The notes: a model not told the origin generated them from the letters alone. A DNA stretch of 64,000 bases from Desulfuromonadales bacterium (GCA_037129255.1 JBAXVG010000025.1:120-64119), one strand, 5' to 3'; counted from the stretch's first letter, positions 51,520 to 62,156 are shown. Numbers and translations: made by a program.

Positions 51520-52413
51520 TTATATCTCCCCGGCCCTGTCAACTGCTGCCAGATATTTTTTTACCAGTTCCACCGGATGGTACGACAGTTTGGCATTGCG
51601 CAGTCCCGGTTTTCCCAGGTCCTGTTCGCGGTTCAAAAACCGGCAGTCGGTAAACATCAGACCGGCAAACTCGCGGTTTATCAGTTGCGAAAGCCCTTCC
51701 ATGAAAGGATCGGCCTTTTCAAAGTGACATACTGAGGTTTCCCGGTTCAGTCGTTCACCAAGCGCAAAGGCAGCGACAGTACCGTCACTCATGATTACAA
51801 CCCCTTCAAGCCCCAGTTTTCCGGCCAGATACAATGCCTCGGAGGTTGCGCCCACTTCCAGCGTCAGAGATCTGTTTGATTCATCGGCTGCCACATCACT
51901 CCATCTGGCAAGCAGGGCAAGGCAACCCTGGCAATGCTGCTCGGAATATATTGAAACTTCGTACTGATGGCGCGCCGTGAAATAATTGATCCGGTTTTTC
52001 TTCTTGTGAAAACGGTTGCCCGGCAGTGCGGCCAGTTCTTCACGCAGATACAGATAGTCGAATGAATTTCGCTCTTCGGAAATATCCATAATGCCTTCAG
52101 ACAGATATATCTTTGCAAACGACTCATCTGCGCCATACAGCGGAAGCTTGTCCGAAAATAACATGGCCAGCGCCCTTTTCACATCCCCCCCCAGTGGCGG
52201 CAGGAAATATGGCGTTTCATCATAACCTTTTCCCAGCAGGACCAACGCATCCCCGGCAAGAGTCACCCGGTAGTCATGCGCCGAGCGGAACAGGTACAGC
52301 CCCGCAAATGTCAATTCCGAGACGCGCGGCTGAAGCTCGGCGAATACCCTGTCAAATGCAGGTTTATCGCCCAAGGCAAGCGGTCTGGAAAGTGGATAGA
52401 CAGGAATCTTCAT
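51520..52413 (-). CDS. DUF2156-domain protein (lysyl-phosphatidylglycerol synthase C-terminal domain-like)
   Basis: GGGAG RBS before ATG 52413. Layout and motifs (SELTFAGLYLFR.., NRFHKKKNRINYF) resemble DUF2156 family members. Confidence 0.65.
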   Translation of the reverse strand: MKIPVYPLSRPLALGDKPAFDRVFAELQPRVSELTFAGLYLFRSAHDYRVTLAGDALVLLGKGYDETPYFLPPLGGDVKRALAMLFSDKLPLYGADESFAKIYLSEGIMDISEERNSFDYLYLREELAALPGNRFHKKKNRINYFTARHQYEVSIYSEQHCQGCLALLARWSDVAADESNRSLTLEVGATSEALYLAGKLGLEGVVIMSDGTVAAFALGERLNRETSVCHFEKADPFMEGLSQLINREFAGLMFTDCRFLNREQDLGKPGLRNAKLSYHPVELVKKYLAAVDRAGEI

Positions 52414-52433
52414 CAGGTTCTCCCGATAATTGT

Positions 52434-53351
52434 TTAATGCAGACATTCCCGCTCCGGCTGCCGCCACTGTTCGACCCGGTTACGCCCCTTCTCCTTGGCT
52501 TTGTACAACATCTGATCAGCCATCTTTATCAGGAAATCCGGAGTATGATCCTCCGTTGGAATAAATGTCGCCATTCCCAGACTTACCGTGACATACGATG
52601 AAACAGCTGATGTGCAGTGCGGGATGTGAAGCGACTCAACCTTTGAGCATATCCGCTCGGCTGTGATCAACGCACCGGCCTGGTTGGCTTCATGCAGGAT
52701 ACATACAAACTCTTCGCCGCCATACCTGGCGGCAAAATCAGAGGCCCGCAAAGAGGTAAGCAGAGACGCTGCGACCTGCTTAAGACAGTCATCTCCCCCC
52801 AGATGCCCATAGGTATCATTGTATGGTTTAAAAAGATCAACATCAATCATGATCAATGAAAGCACAGCCTGAGTACGCAAGCTACGAAACCATTCCCGGC
52901 CTAACTGTTCATCAAACGCCCGGCGATTGGGAATCCCGGTAAGACCGTCAAGCAATGCAAGGCGAACCCGATCATCGCGATACCGTTTCAGTTCGAGATG
53001 GTTCTGCACCCGCAGTCTGACAATATCCGGATTGAACGGCTTGATGATATAATCCACCGCACCCAGTTTCAACCCGGCCACTTCATCCTCCTGCTGCGAC
53101 ATGGCAGTCAGAAAGATGACCGGAACACCTTCCAGGCGCGGCATGGCCCGCAGAGCCTGACAGACCTGGTAGCCACTCATGTCCGGCATTTGAATATCAA
53201 GCAGAATCAGATCGGGAAGGTTGCTTTCCGCCATCGCAAGCGCATCTCTGCCGTTGGTAGCGAAAACAATCTCATACTCGTCCCCCAGAACCTCAATCAG
53301 AATCTGCAGGTTTATCGGCATATCATCTACAATCATGATGGTCTGTTTCAT
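52434..53351 (-). CDS. Response regulator diguanylate cyclase (REC-GGDEF)
   Basis: Receiver IMIVDDM..LLDIQMPDMSG..KP. Active site RYGGEEF. An RxxD I-site (RASD) lies 5 residues upstream of it. Confidence 0.9.
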   Translation of the reverse strand: MKQTIMIVDDMPINLQILIEVLGDEYEIVFATNGRDALAMAESNLPDLILLDIQMPDMSGYQVCQALRAMPRLEGVPVIFLTAMSQQEDEVAGLKLGAVDYIIKPFNPDIVRLRVQNHLELKRYRDDRVRLALLDGLTGIPNRRAFDEQLGREWFRSLRTQAVLSLIMIDVDLFKPYNDTYGHLGGDDCLKQVAASLLTSLRASDFAARYGGEEFVCILHEANQAGALITAERICSKVESLHIPHCTSAVSSYVTVSLGMATFIPTEDHTPDFLIKMADQMLYKAKEKGRNRVEQWRQPERECLH

Positions 53352-53393
53352 TACGTTACTCCGTACTGATTAACTGCGGTGAGTTCGAAGCGG

Positions 53394-55814
53394 TCAGCGG
53401 AGCCAGGTATGCAATACCGCAAACAGCTGCTCGGGATCAAGCGGTTTTGCCAGGTGGTCATTCATCCCTGCGTCCAGACACTTCTGTTTTTCCTCCTGCA
53501 TGGCATGGGCCGTCATTGCTATAATCGGCACTCCTTTGCACCGCTCATCCCGCCGGATCAGCCTCGTCGCCTCATAGCCGTCCATGACCGGCATCTGGAT
53601 GTCCATAAGCACCGCATCATACCTGACATCCCGGTTCATCAGCGCCTCTACTGCCTCTTCCCCGTTAATTGCGACATGTACCTGAATTCCGGCGCTTTCA
53701 AGAATCTCTCGCGCCACCATCCGGTTGATCGGCTGATCTTCCACCAGCAGTATCCGCATACCTGCGATATCAGCCGGGGGAACCAGACGGGACGCCGCGC
53801 TTTCCGGCCGCAGACCGAAACGGATCATAAAGGTGAAGGTGCTTCCCTTGCAGGGCGCACTCTCCACCAGCAGCTCTCCACCCATCATCTCCACCAGATT
53901 TCTGCTGATAGCCAGTCCCAGTCCCGTGCCGCCAAATCTTCTCGTGATGGAGCCGTCAGCCTGGGTGAATGGTTGAAACAACTTCCGTACCGTTTCCTCA
54001 GACATACCGATACCGGTGTCGCGCACCGAAAACCGGATAGCAGTCTCCGTGCCATCGCCCCCCGACACTTCGGCGGTAACGACGATTTCACCCTGTTCGG
54101 TGAACTTGACCGCATTATTCACGAGATTGGAAAGGATCTGACCCAGACGCAACGGGTCGCCGGTTAACGATAGCGGTACATCGGGAGCGACTGAAAACAC
54201 GACGTCAAGACCTTTTGCCGCGGCTCCCGATGTAGCAACCGTGCTGACATGGTCCAGCACGTTACGGAGATTGAAGGGGATGGATTCAATTTCAAGTTTG
54301 CGCGCTTCGATCTTTGAGAAGTCGAGGATGTCGTTGATGACGCCAAGCAGCGACTGCGCGGAGGTATGCATCTTGGTAAGGTAGTCACGCTGTCTGGGAT
54401 TGAGATCGGTCTGCAGAACCAGATGGCCCAGCCCCAGAATGGCATTCATGGGGGTGCGGATCTCGTGAGACATGTTGGCGAGAAATTCACTCTTGGCGCG
54501 ACTGGCATCCTCGGCAGCCAGTTCGGCGTTCTTGGCGCGGCTGATATCGGTCACCAGCACATAGAACCCGAAAAATTCCCCATTCCGGACGTCGGGGATG
54601 TAACTTGCCTGAGAGTAACGGACCGTACTGCCATCGGGAGTCGGTATGGCTCTCTCGAAATATTGCGGCTCGCCCCGCAAGGCCCCCTTGATATACGGAA
54701 GATTAAGCGCATAGCGCTCTTCGCCGATTACCTCCCGGATATGTTTTCCCGGCATTGCGCCCGGTTCAATTCCGAACCAGTCGTGGTAGGCGTAGTTGCC
54801 GAAGCGGCAACGGAGATCACGGTTCCAATAACCGATCATGGCCGGCATGTTGTCGAGGATGGACTTCATATCACACTCGCGCTGCAACATTTTATGTGTT
54901 ACGAGGAGTGCCAGAGAGGATAGCAGCAGATACAGCGAAAGTTGTATGGCGTAGCTGATCTTCCAGGACAAGAGCGCTTCATTCAGATTTCGGCTGGCTG
55001 CCACGACAAGCTGTTTGTCAAAACGCAGATCCTTCGGGCTGTTGGTGATGTAGGCGAATACCCTCATATCGCCGGTTGTTGAACTGCGGCCCCTCTGAAT
55101 GGAATTCGGTTTGCCGCCTTGAATGTGACGATAGAACAGGGAACCCGGCTTCAGAAGATTCTGGCCGGTGATTGAATTCGTGCCTTCGGGTATGGCAATG
55201 AAGACCGTGCCGTCGGAGTGAAGCAGGGCAATCCGGTTGTCCGGCGCATGGATGGTGGACTTGAGCAGGGTTGTAAAGTACTCGGGCGCGAGTGATACAG
55301 CTATGACTCCTTTGAATTCCCCTTTTTCTCCTATCAGCGGCCTGGTAATATTGATGACGAAGGCTCCAAGCAAACCCCTGAACGGTGGAGATATGAACAT
55401 CAGGTTCCTGTCGGAGGAATAGCGGGCAGTTGTAAAATAATCACGTTTGCTCAAGTCCCGTCCGATGAGTTCACGCCGGTTTGAATGAACGCAGCGCCCC
55501 TTACGGTCGATAACCATGAGTGTGCGAATGCCGGGAATCAAAATATTCTGCATTTTCAGATAACTGTCAATTTGGTCATCATGAGTATCGTCAATCTCGT
55601 GCTTTACGTGTTCCAGTACCAATCCGGCAGCTGCCAGATTGGTAGTAAGGTTCTCGCCAACTACCCGCGCCTGAGCCATCAGCCGTTCTTCAAGCAGACG
55701 CACCTCCCGCCGGTAGTCCGCAATACATCGCACTCCCAGCAGCGCACCCATGATGACAATGGCCAGGAGCACAATAGTCCAGACAGCTCTGTTTCGCGAT
55801 TGCACCTTATTCAT
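53394..55814 (-). CDS. Hybrid sensor histidine kinase (TM-Cache-like periplasmic domain-TM-PAS-HisKA-HATPase-REC)
   Basis: ATG 55814 overlaps the Hpt gene stop by 8 nt. H-box [14 protein letters not shown]. HATPase NNAVKFT, DTGIGMS, GGTGLGL. Receiver [20 protein letters not shown]. Confidence 0.9.
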   Translation of the reverse strand: MNKVQSRNRAVWTIVLLAIVIMGALLGVRCIADYRREVRLLEERLMAQARVVGENLTTNLAAAGLVLEHVKHEIDDTHDDQIDSYLKMQNILIPGIRTLMVIDRKGRCVHSNRRELIGRDLSKRDYFTTARYSSDRNLMFISPPFRGLLGAFVINITRPLIGEKGEFKGVIAVSLAPEYFTTLLKSTIHAPDNRIALLHSDGTVFIAIPEGTNSITGQNLLKPGSLFYRHIQGGKPNSIQRGRSSTTGDMRVFAYITNSPKDLRFDKQLVVAASRNLNEALLSWKISYAIQLSLYLLLSSLALLVTHKMLQRECDMKSILDNMPAMIGYWNRDLRCRFGNYAYHDWFGIEPGAMPGKHIREVIGEERYALNLPYIKGALRGEPQYFERAIPTPDGSTVRYSQASYIPDVRNGEFFGFYVLVTDISRAKNAELAAEDASRAKSEFLANMSHEIRTPMNAILGLGHLVLQTDLNPRQRDYLTKMHTSAQSLLGVINDILDFSKIEARKLEIESIPFNLRNVLDHVSTVATSGAAAKGLDVVFSVAPDVPLSLTGDPLRLGQILSNLVNNAVKFTEQGEIVVTAEVSGGDGTETAIRFSVRDTGIGMSEETVRKLFQPFTQADGSITRRFGGTGLGLAISRNLVEMMGGELLVESAPCKGSTFTFMIRFGLRPESAASRLVPPADIAGMRILLVEDQPINRMVAREILESAGIQVHVAINGEEAVEALMNRDVRYDAVLMDIQMPVMDGYEATRLIRRDERCKGVPIIAMTAHAMQEEKQKCLDAGMNDHLAKPLDPEQLFAVLHTWLR

Positions 55815-56493
55815 GGATGCCCCTGAATGTAATGCCGATCCTTTCAGCCAGCAGCTCAAGTGATACCTGCGCCCCTTTGAAATCAAAACCGGCAATCTGT
55901 TTTTCCAGGTTTTCCCGCTCCTCCGACCAGGGCAGATGAGGCTTTAACCGGCTGAACATTTTCGCTGCGGAAACCCTGTTGAGACCAAGTAGCGCATACA
56001 GCTCACCCAGTTCCCCTGCCAGCACATCCCGGTCAAAGACAGCCGTTTCGCCGGTGTGGTCAGCTGAAGGAGAAACAGTGTCGCTCATTTCTAACATACC
56101 GGCAGCTTCAAACACCTCTGTCATCTGCTCTTCCAACGTATCAAGCAGCTCGGGAAAAACCGCTTCATTCCCCTCCCCTACAGCATTTTCAAACCGAATC
56201 GCTGTTGCGGCAACCGCCTTCGCCCCGATTGTGCCTGCCAACCCTTTCAGAGTATGAACCAGCGAACGTGTCGCTTCCCGTTCATCTCCTGCTATCGCCT
56301 GCCTGAGAGAAGAAACCGTTGCAAGATTAACGGTCCGGAACTCAATTATTATGGTACGTACCAGCGAGTGGTTGCCCTTGACTCTGGCCAGGACGGAAGG
56401 TATATCGATTCCGGGAAGCTTTTCCGGAAAGCTGCCGGCTCGCATCGTATCGGCGCTACTCGTTGGGCGCGCCGGTGTATGAGTAACAATCAT
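55807..56493 (-). CDS. Hpt-domain phosphotransfer protein
   Basis: [12 protein letters not shown] (HxxKG) lies within a four-helix-like N-terminal half. 228 aa. Confidence 0.8.
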   Translation of the reverse strand: MIVTHTPARPTSSADTMRAGSFPEKLPGIDIPSVLARVKGNHSLVRTIIIEFRTVNLATVSSLRQAIAGDEREATRSLVHTLKGLAGTIGAKAVAATAIRFENAVGEGNEAVFPELLDTLEEQMTEVFEAAGMLEMSDTVSPSADHTGETAVFDRDVLAGELGELYALLGLNRVSAAKMFSRLKPHLPWSEERENLEKQIAGFDFKGAQVSLELLAERIGITFRGIHE

Positions 56494-56519
56494 GATGATC
56501 CGTTCCGATCAATGAGAAA

Positions 56520-58067
56520 TCATACGTCAGTTCGATTCTGCCAGACCAGAGCGGCAAGTCTGGAATCTTCATCCCGGATATGGGCTACCAGCCAGTTTTT
56601 GAGAAATATCAGGATTTCATGCTGTGCAACAAGCGGGTTTTCATGCAACTCCTGATGAAACTCATGCATCCTCTTCAAAAAAAGTTCGTGTTGCTCCCGT
56701 TGCAGTGCAAGGCGCTCAAAATGGTAATGCTGCATCATCTTCTCTTCGGCGCTGAAATGGATGACGGCATATTCGCCCAGTGCTTTCAACACCCTTGCAA
56801 GCTCGCGGGCACCCAGACGGTTTGCCACAACGCCAATCAGATCATTGGTGAGATCAAACAGGTAACGGTGGTGCTCATCAATCGAGGAAATACCCGCACT
56901 CAGGCTTTCATCCCAGCTGATCCAGCGAATTTCCCTGAAGGGAAGATCAGGCAGGTGAAAAACCTGTTGCGGATCAATCACGTCGTCCCGGTACAGCTCC
57001 CTGATACGGAGGATTTCGGGCAGAGCCGCTTCAAAGGCGACCACGACAGCAGGATCAAATTTCAGGCCGGCCTGCTCCTTGATCCACTCTATGGCCTGTT
57101 GCAGCGACCAGGCTTCCTTGTAGGGGCGTGCCGACACCAGGGCATCAAACACATCGGCCAGGGCACAAACACGGGCAAGCACCGGAATCTGTTCGCCATG
57201 CAGACCAGCGGGGTAACCGCTGCCATCCCAGTTTTCATGGTGGCTGACAGCTATCTGGCGTGCAGTGTCAATCAGCTTGTCGCTTCCCGCCAGAAGTCTT
57301 CCACCAATCGTGGCATGCGTCTTCATGATATCAAATTCAGCGGGTGTCAACCGATCCGGCTTCAGCATGATGGCGTCGGCAATTCCTATTTTGCCTACAT
57401 CATGCATCGGCGCCGTAATGGCAAGCAGTTCCCGTTCTTCATCCGAAAGCCCCAGCGCTTTGGCGATAACCACCGAGATACTGGTCATTCGCATGATATG
57501 CATACCGGTTTCATTGTCGCGATACTCGGAGGCGGCTCCCAGTCGCCGGATAGCCTCGGTTCGCGCTTCTTCCAGTTCTATCTCGCGCAGCCGTAAAATT
57601 TCATCCAGCAGAAAACGACTGATGATGCCCGACAGTGCCCTCGAAATGTCAGTCTGAAACTCCAGTTCAGAAGGGGTAGGAGACCAGTCGGAGTCGGTAA
57701 AAAGCACCACCTGCCCCAAAGGATCTGTACCATTTTTCAGTGGCAGAAGCAGCAGGCGGTGACAGGCAGTTGCATATTCAACGCATTCCGGACGAAAGGG
57801 GGCTTGAAAACCGTAGAGTGGATCGTTTTCCGATTCCTGGAACCAGTCCGTATTCAGACCGTGTTGAGCCACCCGCACCGGAAGGTTGCGGGGACTGAAC
57901 ATATATATGGCGCCTGCATGCTGTAAACGGAGCTGGGGCAGTTTCTCAAGCACTGAAAGAATTCGGGCCAGAAGGGCGTCGAGATCATTATCACTGCCGC
58001 CGACCATGGTCAACTCGACCACCAGTTTGCCAATATCAAGCAGGTATGTGTCAGTGTGCATTTCCAT
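56520..58067 (-). CDS. GAF - HD-GYP phosphodiesterase - hemerythrin-like domain protein
   Basis: GGAG RBS lies 6 nt before ATG 58067. HD-GYP motifs MHDVGKIGI and HHENWDGSGYP. The C-terminal bacteriohemerythrin pattern is IDEHHRYLF, HFSAEE, HYHF..QREQHELF, WLVAHIRDED. Confidence 0.85.
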   Translation of the reverse strand: MEMHTDTYLLDIGKLVVELTMVGGSDNDLDALLARILSVLEKLPQLRLQHAGAIYMFSPRNLPVRVAQHGLNTDWFQESENDPLYGFQAPFRPECVEYATACHRLLLLPLKNGTDPLGQVVLFTDSDWSPTPSELEFQTDISRALSGIISRFLLDEILRLREIELEEARTEAIRRLGAASEYRDNETGMHIMRMTSISVVIAKALGLSDEERELLAITAPMHDVGKIGIADAIMLKPDRLTPAEFDIMKTHATIGGRLLAGSDKLIDTARQIAVSHHENWDGSGYPAGLHGEQIPVLARVCALADVFDALVSARPYKEAWSLQQAIEWIKEQAGLKFDPAVVVAFEAALPEILRIRELYRDDVIDPQQVFHLPDLPFREIRWISWDESLSAGISSIDEHHRYLFDLTNDLIGVVANRLGARELARVLKALGEYAVIHFSAEEKMMQHYHFERLALQREQHELFLKRMHEFHQELHENPLVAQHEILIFLKNWLVAHIRDEDSRLAALVWQNRTDV

Positions 58068-58133
58068 GTTGGCTCCTTGTGAGGTAACTGGGGAAAACAA
58101 CCAACTAAATCAATAATTTTTAATACATTTAGA

Positions 58134-58161
58134 TTGACAATCCCCGAAAATGTTGTAGACT
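58134..58161 (+). promoter_or_regulatory. sigma-70-like promoter candidate
   Basis: TTGACA-N16-TAGACT, about 50 nt upstream of the aminotransferase ATG. Confidence 0.3.
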
Positions 58162-58209
58162 TTGTGTATTCGGCTTTTATATCAGAAACCTGTCATGGAG
58201 GGAACAGTT

Positions 58210-59403
58210 ATGGCTATCGCCATGAAGATCGCCCGGCATATTTCCAGATCATCCTGGATCCGGCGGATGTTTGAGGAAGGGGAACGCCTGCGTCAGGAGT
58301 TTGGCGCCGACAGAATTTATGACTTTACGCTGGGCAACCCGGATGTGGAGCCTCCCGAGGCCTTCAATCGCGAGCTTTTGGCGCTGGCGCAGAACCCTCT
58401 GCCCGGTATGCATCGTTATATGAACAATGCCGGATATGTCGAGACCCGTGCCGCAGTCGCCTCGAAACTCTCAAAGGATTCGGGATTGCCGGTCGGAGCC
58501 GATCAGGTTATCATGACCTGCGGGGCCGGTGGTGCGCTCAACGTGGTGCTCAAAACCATACTCAACCCGGCTGAGGAGGTCATCATTCTGGCCCCTTTCT
58601 TCGTCGAGTACAAATTTTATATCGACAACCATGGCGGTGAGCCGGTAGAGGTCTGGACGAACCGCGACACGTTCCAGCTCGACATCGACGCAATCGAGAA
58701 GGCCATCACCCCCAAAACCAGAGCCATCATTGTCTGTTCTCCCAACAACCCGACCGGCGTGGTCTATCCGGCAGAAAGCCTTGTGCAGCTGGGCGTTGTT
58801 CTCAAGAAAATTCATGAACGGACCGGACACCTGATTTACGTCATTTCCGACGAACCCTATGCCCGCATCGCCTTTGACGGACGGCACGTTCCGAACATAT
58901 TTCCGCTGATTGAAAGTTCGATCATTGTCACATCTCACAGCAAGGATCTGGCCCTGCCGGGCGAACGCATCGGCTATCTGGCCGCCAACCCGCGCATGGC
59001 GACCGTTTCACAGTTCATTGAAGGTGCGGTCTTCAGTAACCGGGTGCTCGGTTTTGTAAACGCGCCGGCGCTGATGCAGCGCCTGGTGGCCAAAATGCAG
59101 GACGAATCGGTCGACATCGGCGAATATCAGTCCAAGCGCGATCTGCTGGTAAATGAGCTGACCGGAATGGGCTTCAGTATGGTCACGCCGGATGGCGCCT
59201 TCTACCTTTTTCCTAAATCACCGCTGGCTGACGACGTAGAGTTTGTCACGCTGGCTCAGAAGCATCATATCCTGCTGGTGCCGGGCGCCGGTTTCGGCGC
59301 TCCCGGATTTTTCAGGATCGCCTACTGTGTTGACAAGGGGATGATTGAGCGGAGCCTGCCGTCCTGGCGGAATCTGGCCAGAGAGGTCGGGTTGCAGGGG
59401 TAA
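58210..59403 (+). CDS. PLP-dependent aminotransferase (class I, aspartate/alanine family)
   Basis: GGAGG RBS before ATG 58210. SPNNPTG motif and PLP-lysine region SHSKDLALPGERIGY. Confidence 0.9.
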   Translation: MAIAMKIARHISRSSWIRRMFEEGERLRQEFGADRIYDFTLGNPDVEPPEAFNRELLALAQNPLPGMHRYMNNAGYVETRAAVASKLSKDSGLPVGADQVIMTCGAGGALNVVLKTILNPAEEVIILAPFFVEYKFYIDNHGGEPVEVWTNRDTFQLDIDAIEKAITPKTRAIIVCSPNNPTGVVYPAESLVQLGVVLKKIHERTGHLIYVISDEPYARIAFDGRHVPNIFPLIESSIIVTSHSKDLALPGERIGYLAANPRMATVSQFIEGAVFSNRVLGFVNAPALMQRLVAKMQDESVDIGEYQSKRDLLVNELTGMGFSMVTPDGAFYLFPKSPLADDVEFVTLAQKHHILLVPGAGFGAPGFFRIAYCVDKGMIERSLPSWRNLAREVGLQG

Positions 59404-59639
59404 ATTTCTTCAACTTCCTCCTTCATGACATTAACGCGATCAAAGATGCGTCCCAGGCGGGACGCAGTGGAAAAGATCAGCGTTCCGCAGGCTGAAATCA
59501 GAACCGCCGGAGTAATCATCGCGGTCAGTATGCGTGAGCTGGAGAGCGCCTCCAGCAGTTCTTTCTCGTGCAGAGCCATAAGTACCTTTTCAGTAATGCT
59601 GCTGTTTGGAAATGTTCCGTTATGCTCACCTACTGACAC
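59322..59639 (-). CDS. hypothetical protein, DUF2721-like first helix only (possibly a gene remnant)
   Basis: GTG start. ITPAVLISACGTLIFSTASRLGRIFDRV resembles the first TM helix and amphipathic segment of DUF2721, but no further TM helices follow. The 3' 82 nt overlap the convergent aminotransferase gene. Confidence 0.3.
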   Translation of the reverse strand: MSVGEHNGTFPNSSITEKVLMALHEKELLEALSSSRILTAMITPAVLISACGTLIFSTASRLGRIFDRVNVMKEEVEEIYPCNPTSLARFRQDGRLRSIIPLSTQ

Positions 59640-59783
59640 TCACTCTTGGTGACGTCAAGTCTCTCGACGATAACATGATGATAGCTGAAACGATAATTCC
59701 GAATTTGGTACCGATTTTCAAGCTGGTATCACATAATGATTTCATACATTGTCTCCTATCCGGCCTTGTATATAATGTGTTCC

Positions 59784-60179
59784 TCACATCACTCCGTGTC
59801 GGACGAGAGACTCGTGAATTTCCTCCCTGCTGTACGGTTTACCGATGTGATCGTCTGCATCATGCTCCATCATGGATTTGGTGACCGTTTCCTGCGTATT
59901 GTCTCCGGTAGCCATGATAATTATCGCCCTGTAGTCGGCTTCGTCCTCTACCCTCCTGATTTGTCTCAACACCTCAAGACCATCCATTCCCGGCATGGTT
60001 ATATCAAGAAATACCGCACGGTAGGGTGTCCCGCACAGAGCATCTTCATAGAGCTCCAGCGCCTCCACGCCATCAAACGCTTTATCTATGTGGCTGATAC
60101 CTTCCTCCATGAGTATTATTTCCAGGAGGGCAACGTTCATATCGTCATCATCTGCAACCAGAACTTTCGGGTTTGACAT
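59784..60179 (-). CDS. Single-domain response regulator (CheY-like receiver)
   Basis: VLVADDDDMN..FLDITMPGMDG..ATGDN..KP. 131 aa with a GAGG RBS. Confidence 0.85.
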   Translation of the reverse strand: MSNPKVLVADDDDMNVALLEIILMEEGISHIDKAFDGVEALELYEDALCGTPYRAVFLDITMPGMDGLEVLRQIRRVEDEADYRAIIIMATGDNTQETVTKSMMEHDADDHIGKPYSREEIHESLVRHGVM

Positions 60180-60249
60180 TGTTATTACCTCGCATTGTTT
60201 GTTGTAATTGCCTTGGAATTGTCATGTACATTGCAGGGAGGAGAAGTAA

Positions 60250-61134
60250 TCAGTACCGGTACCTTTTCAGTAAATCCCCGTATCCGTCAATTCGCCGGTC
60301 GCGCAGAAAGGGCCAGATGCGGCGCACTCTTTCGCTTTCGTCCATATCAACATCCACCAGCACAATTTCCTCACTGTCCCGTGAAGCCTGTTTCAGCAGC
60401 TCTCCCTGCGGACCGGCCGCAAAACTGCTCCCCCAAAAGAGGATGCCATTATCAGGTTTTTGTGCGGAAAACTCAAGCCCGATCCGGTTGACGGCCAGCA
60501 GCGGCAGACCGTTGGCTATGGCATGCCCCCGCTGAATAGTTATCCAGGCATCGCGTTGACGCTCCCGCTCCTCCGTGGTATCGTGGGTATCCCAGCCTAT
60601 GGCGGTCGGATATATCAGAAGCTCGGCCCCGGCCAGCGCCATCAGGCGGGCGGCCTCCGGATACCATTGATCCCAACAGACAAGTATACCCAGAGTGCCG
60701 ACTGAGGTTTTAACCGGGGTGAAGCCGAGATCACCGGGGGTGAAGTAAAACTTTTCGTAATAACCGGGGTCATCCGGAATGTGCATTTTCCGGTATGTCC
60801 CGGCTATTGATCCGTCTCTCTCAAGAACAACCGCCGTATTGTGATACAGCCCTGCCGCTCGCCGTTCAAACAGCGAGCCCACAATCACCACTCCCAGTTC
60901 GGCAGCCAGATTACCCAGCACTCTCGTGGAAGGGCCGGGGATCGTTTCGGCCAGATCAAACAGTGCCGGATCCTCGATCTGGCAGAAGTAGGGACCGGCA
61001 TGCAGCTCCTGGAGTATGATCAGCGCAGCACCGGAGGCCGCAGCCTGACGGACCATCCAGCTACTATTCTGAATATTTGCATCACGCAGAGTGCTACATG
61101 CCTGCTGAATCAGCGCTACTGCGAGGGTTGTCAC
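60250..61134 (-). CDS. aguB: N-carbamoylputrescine amidase (carbon-nitrogen hydrolase)
   Basis: Nitrilase-fold catalytic blocks LQELH..YFC, YRKMHIPD and ILVCWDQWYPE. ATGA overlap with aguA. Confidence 0.88.
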   Translation of the reverse strand: MTTLAVALIQQACSTLRDANIQNSSWMVRQAAASGAALIILQELHAGPYFCQIEDPALFDLAETIPGPSTRVLGNLAAELGVVIVGSLFERRAAGLYHNTAVVLERDGSIAGTYRKMHIPDDPGYYEKFYFTPGDLGFTPVKTSVGTLGILVCWDQWYPEAARLMALAGAELLIYPTAIGWDTHDTTEERERQRDAWITIQRGHAIANGLPLLAVNRIGLEFSAQKPDNGILFWGSSFAAGPQGELLKQASRDSEEIVLVDVDMDESERVRRIWPFLRDRRIDGYGDLLKRYRY

Positions 61135-62156
61135 GCAAGCACCCCTTCCGGGAGCTGCATGGTCAGGCAGTGCAGTGAACCATGTTGTTCAAGCAGCAGC
61201 AGGCAGTCGATGCCAATGATCTCCCGTCCCGGGAAGGCCCCGCTGATACACTCCAGAGCCAGGCGGTCATTCCCCGTGTCCCGATAGGTCGGCACGAGAA
61301 CCGCGCCGTTGATAACCAGAAAATTGGCATAGGTCGCCGGCAGTCGGCGGGCCTGCTCATTGAAGCGGGCGGCGGGCCAGGGGAGCGGAATCAGGCGGTA
61401 GGGAGCTCCGTCAGGCGCCGTGAACGATTTCAATTCGTTTTCCATCAGTTTCAACGGTCCGTAATGTTCATCGCCCGGATGTTCGCATGCCTGATACACG
61501 ATGGTATTATCCGGACAGAAGCGGGCCAGGGTATCGATGTGCGCGTCGGTGTCATCCCCGGCCAGCCAGCCGTGAGACAGCCAGAGCATGCGTTTTGCCC
61601 CCAGCAGCGCAGCCAGTGCCTGCTCAATCTCACTTTTCTCAAGTTGAGGGTTGCGGTTGGGGGAGAGCAGGCATTCGGCAGTGACCATGATCGTCCCGAG
61701 ACCGTCACTCTCAATGCTGCCACCCTCAAGGATCAGACCGATTGTATTCAGTTGGGGCTTCAATACTCCCCGTTGCTTGAGCCTTCTGGATATCAGGTTA
61801 TCATGGCCGGCCGGAAATTTGAGTCCCCATCCGTTAAAACCAAAGTCAAGCAGTACCGGTCTGTTGTTGAGGATAACCGTGATCGGGCCGAAATCGCGCG
61901 CCCAGGTATCGTTGTTCGGGAGCTCACAGATTGTCACACTGGCAAGGTCAACGCCGGACGTACTCAGATAACCGGCGGCGGACGCAGCATGGGGAGCGGT
62001 CAGCAACACCCGTTCAAAACGGGCTATCTGACCGATGATCCCGGCAAAAACAGGACGAATGTCATCCCGCATGCCGGCCCAGTCGGTTCCTTCATGCGGC
62101 CAGGCCATCAGCACGCCATCCTGTATTTCCCATTCGGCCGGTAATCGTGTATTCAT
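61131..62156 (-). CDS. aguA: agmatine deiminase
   Basis: AGGAGG RBS. LPAEWEIQDGVLMAWPH N-terminus. The C-terminal GSLHCLTMQ region carries the catalytic Cys. Confidence 0.9.
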   Translation of the reverse strand: MNTRLPAEWEIQDGVLMAWPHEGTDWAGMRDDIRPVFAGIIGQIARFERVLLTAPHAASAAGYLSTSGVDLASVTICELPNNDTWARDFGPITVILNNRPVLLDFGFNGWGLKFPAGHDNLISRRLKQRGVLKPQLNTIGLILEGGSIESDGLGTIMVTAECLLSPNRNPQLEKSEIEQALAALLGAKRMLWLSHGWLAGDDTDAHIDTLARFCPDNTIVYQACEHPGDEHYGPLKLMENELKSFTAPDGAPYRLIPLPWPAARFNEQARRLPATYANFLVINGAVLVPTYRDTGNDRLALECISGAFPGREIIGIDCLLLLEQHGSLHCLTMQLPEGVLA

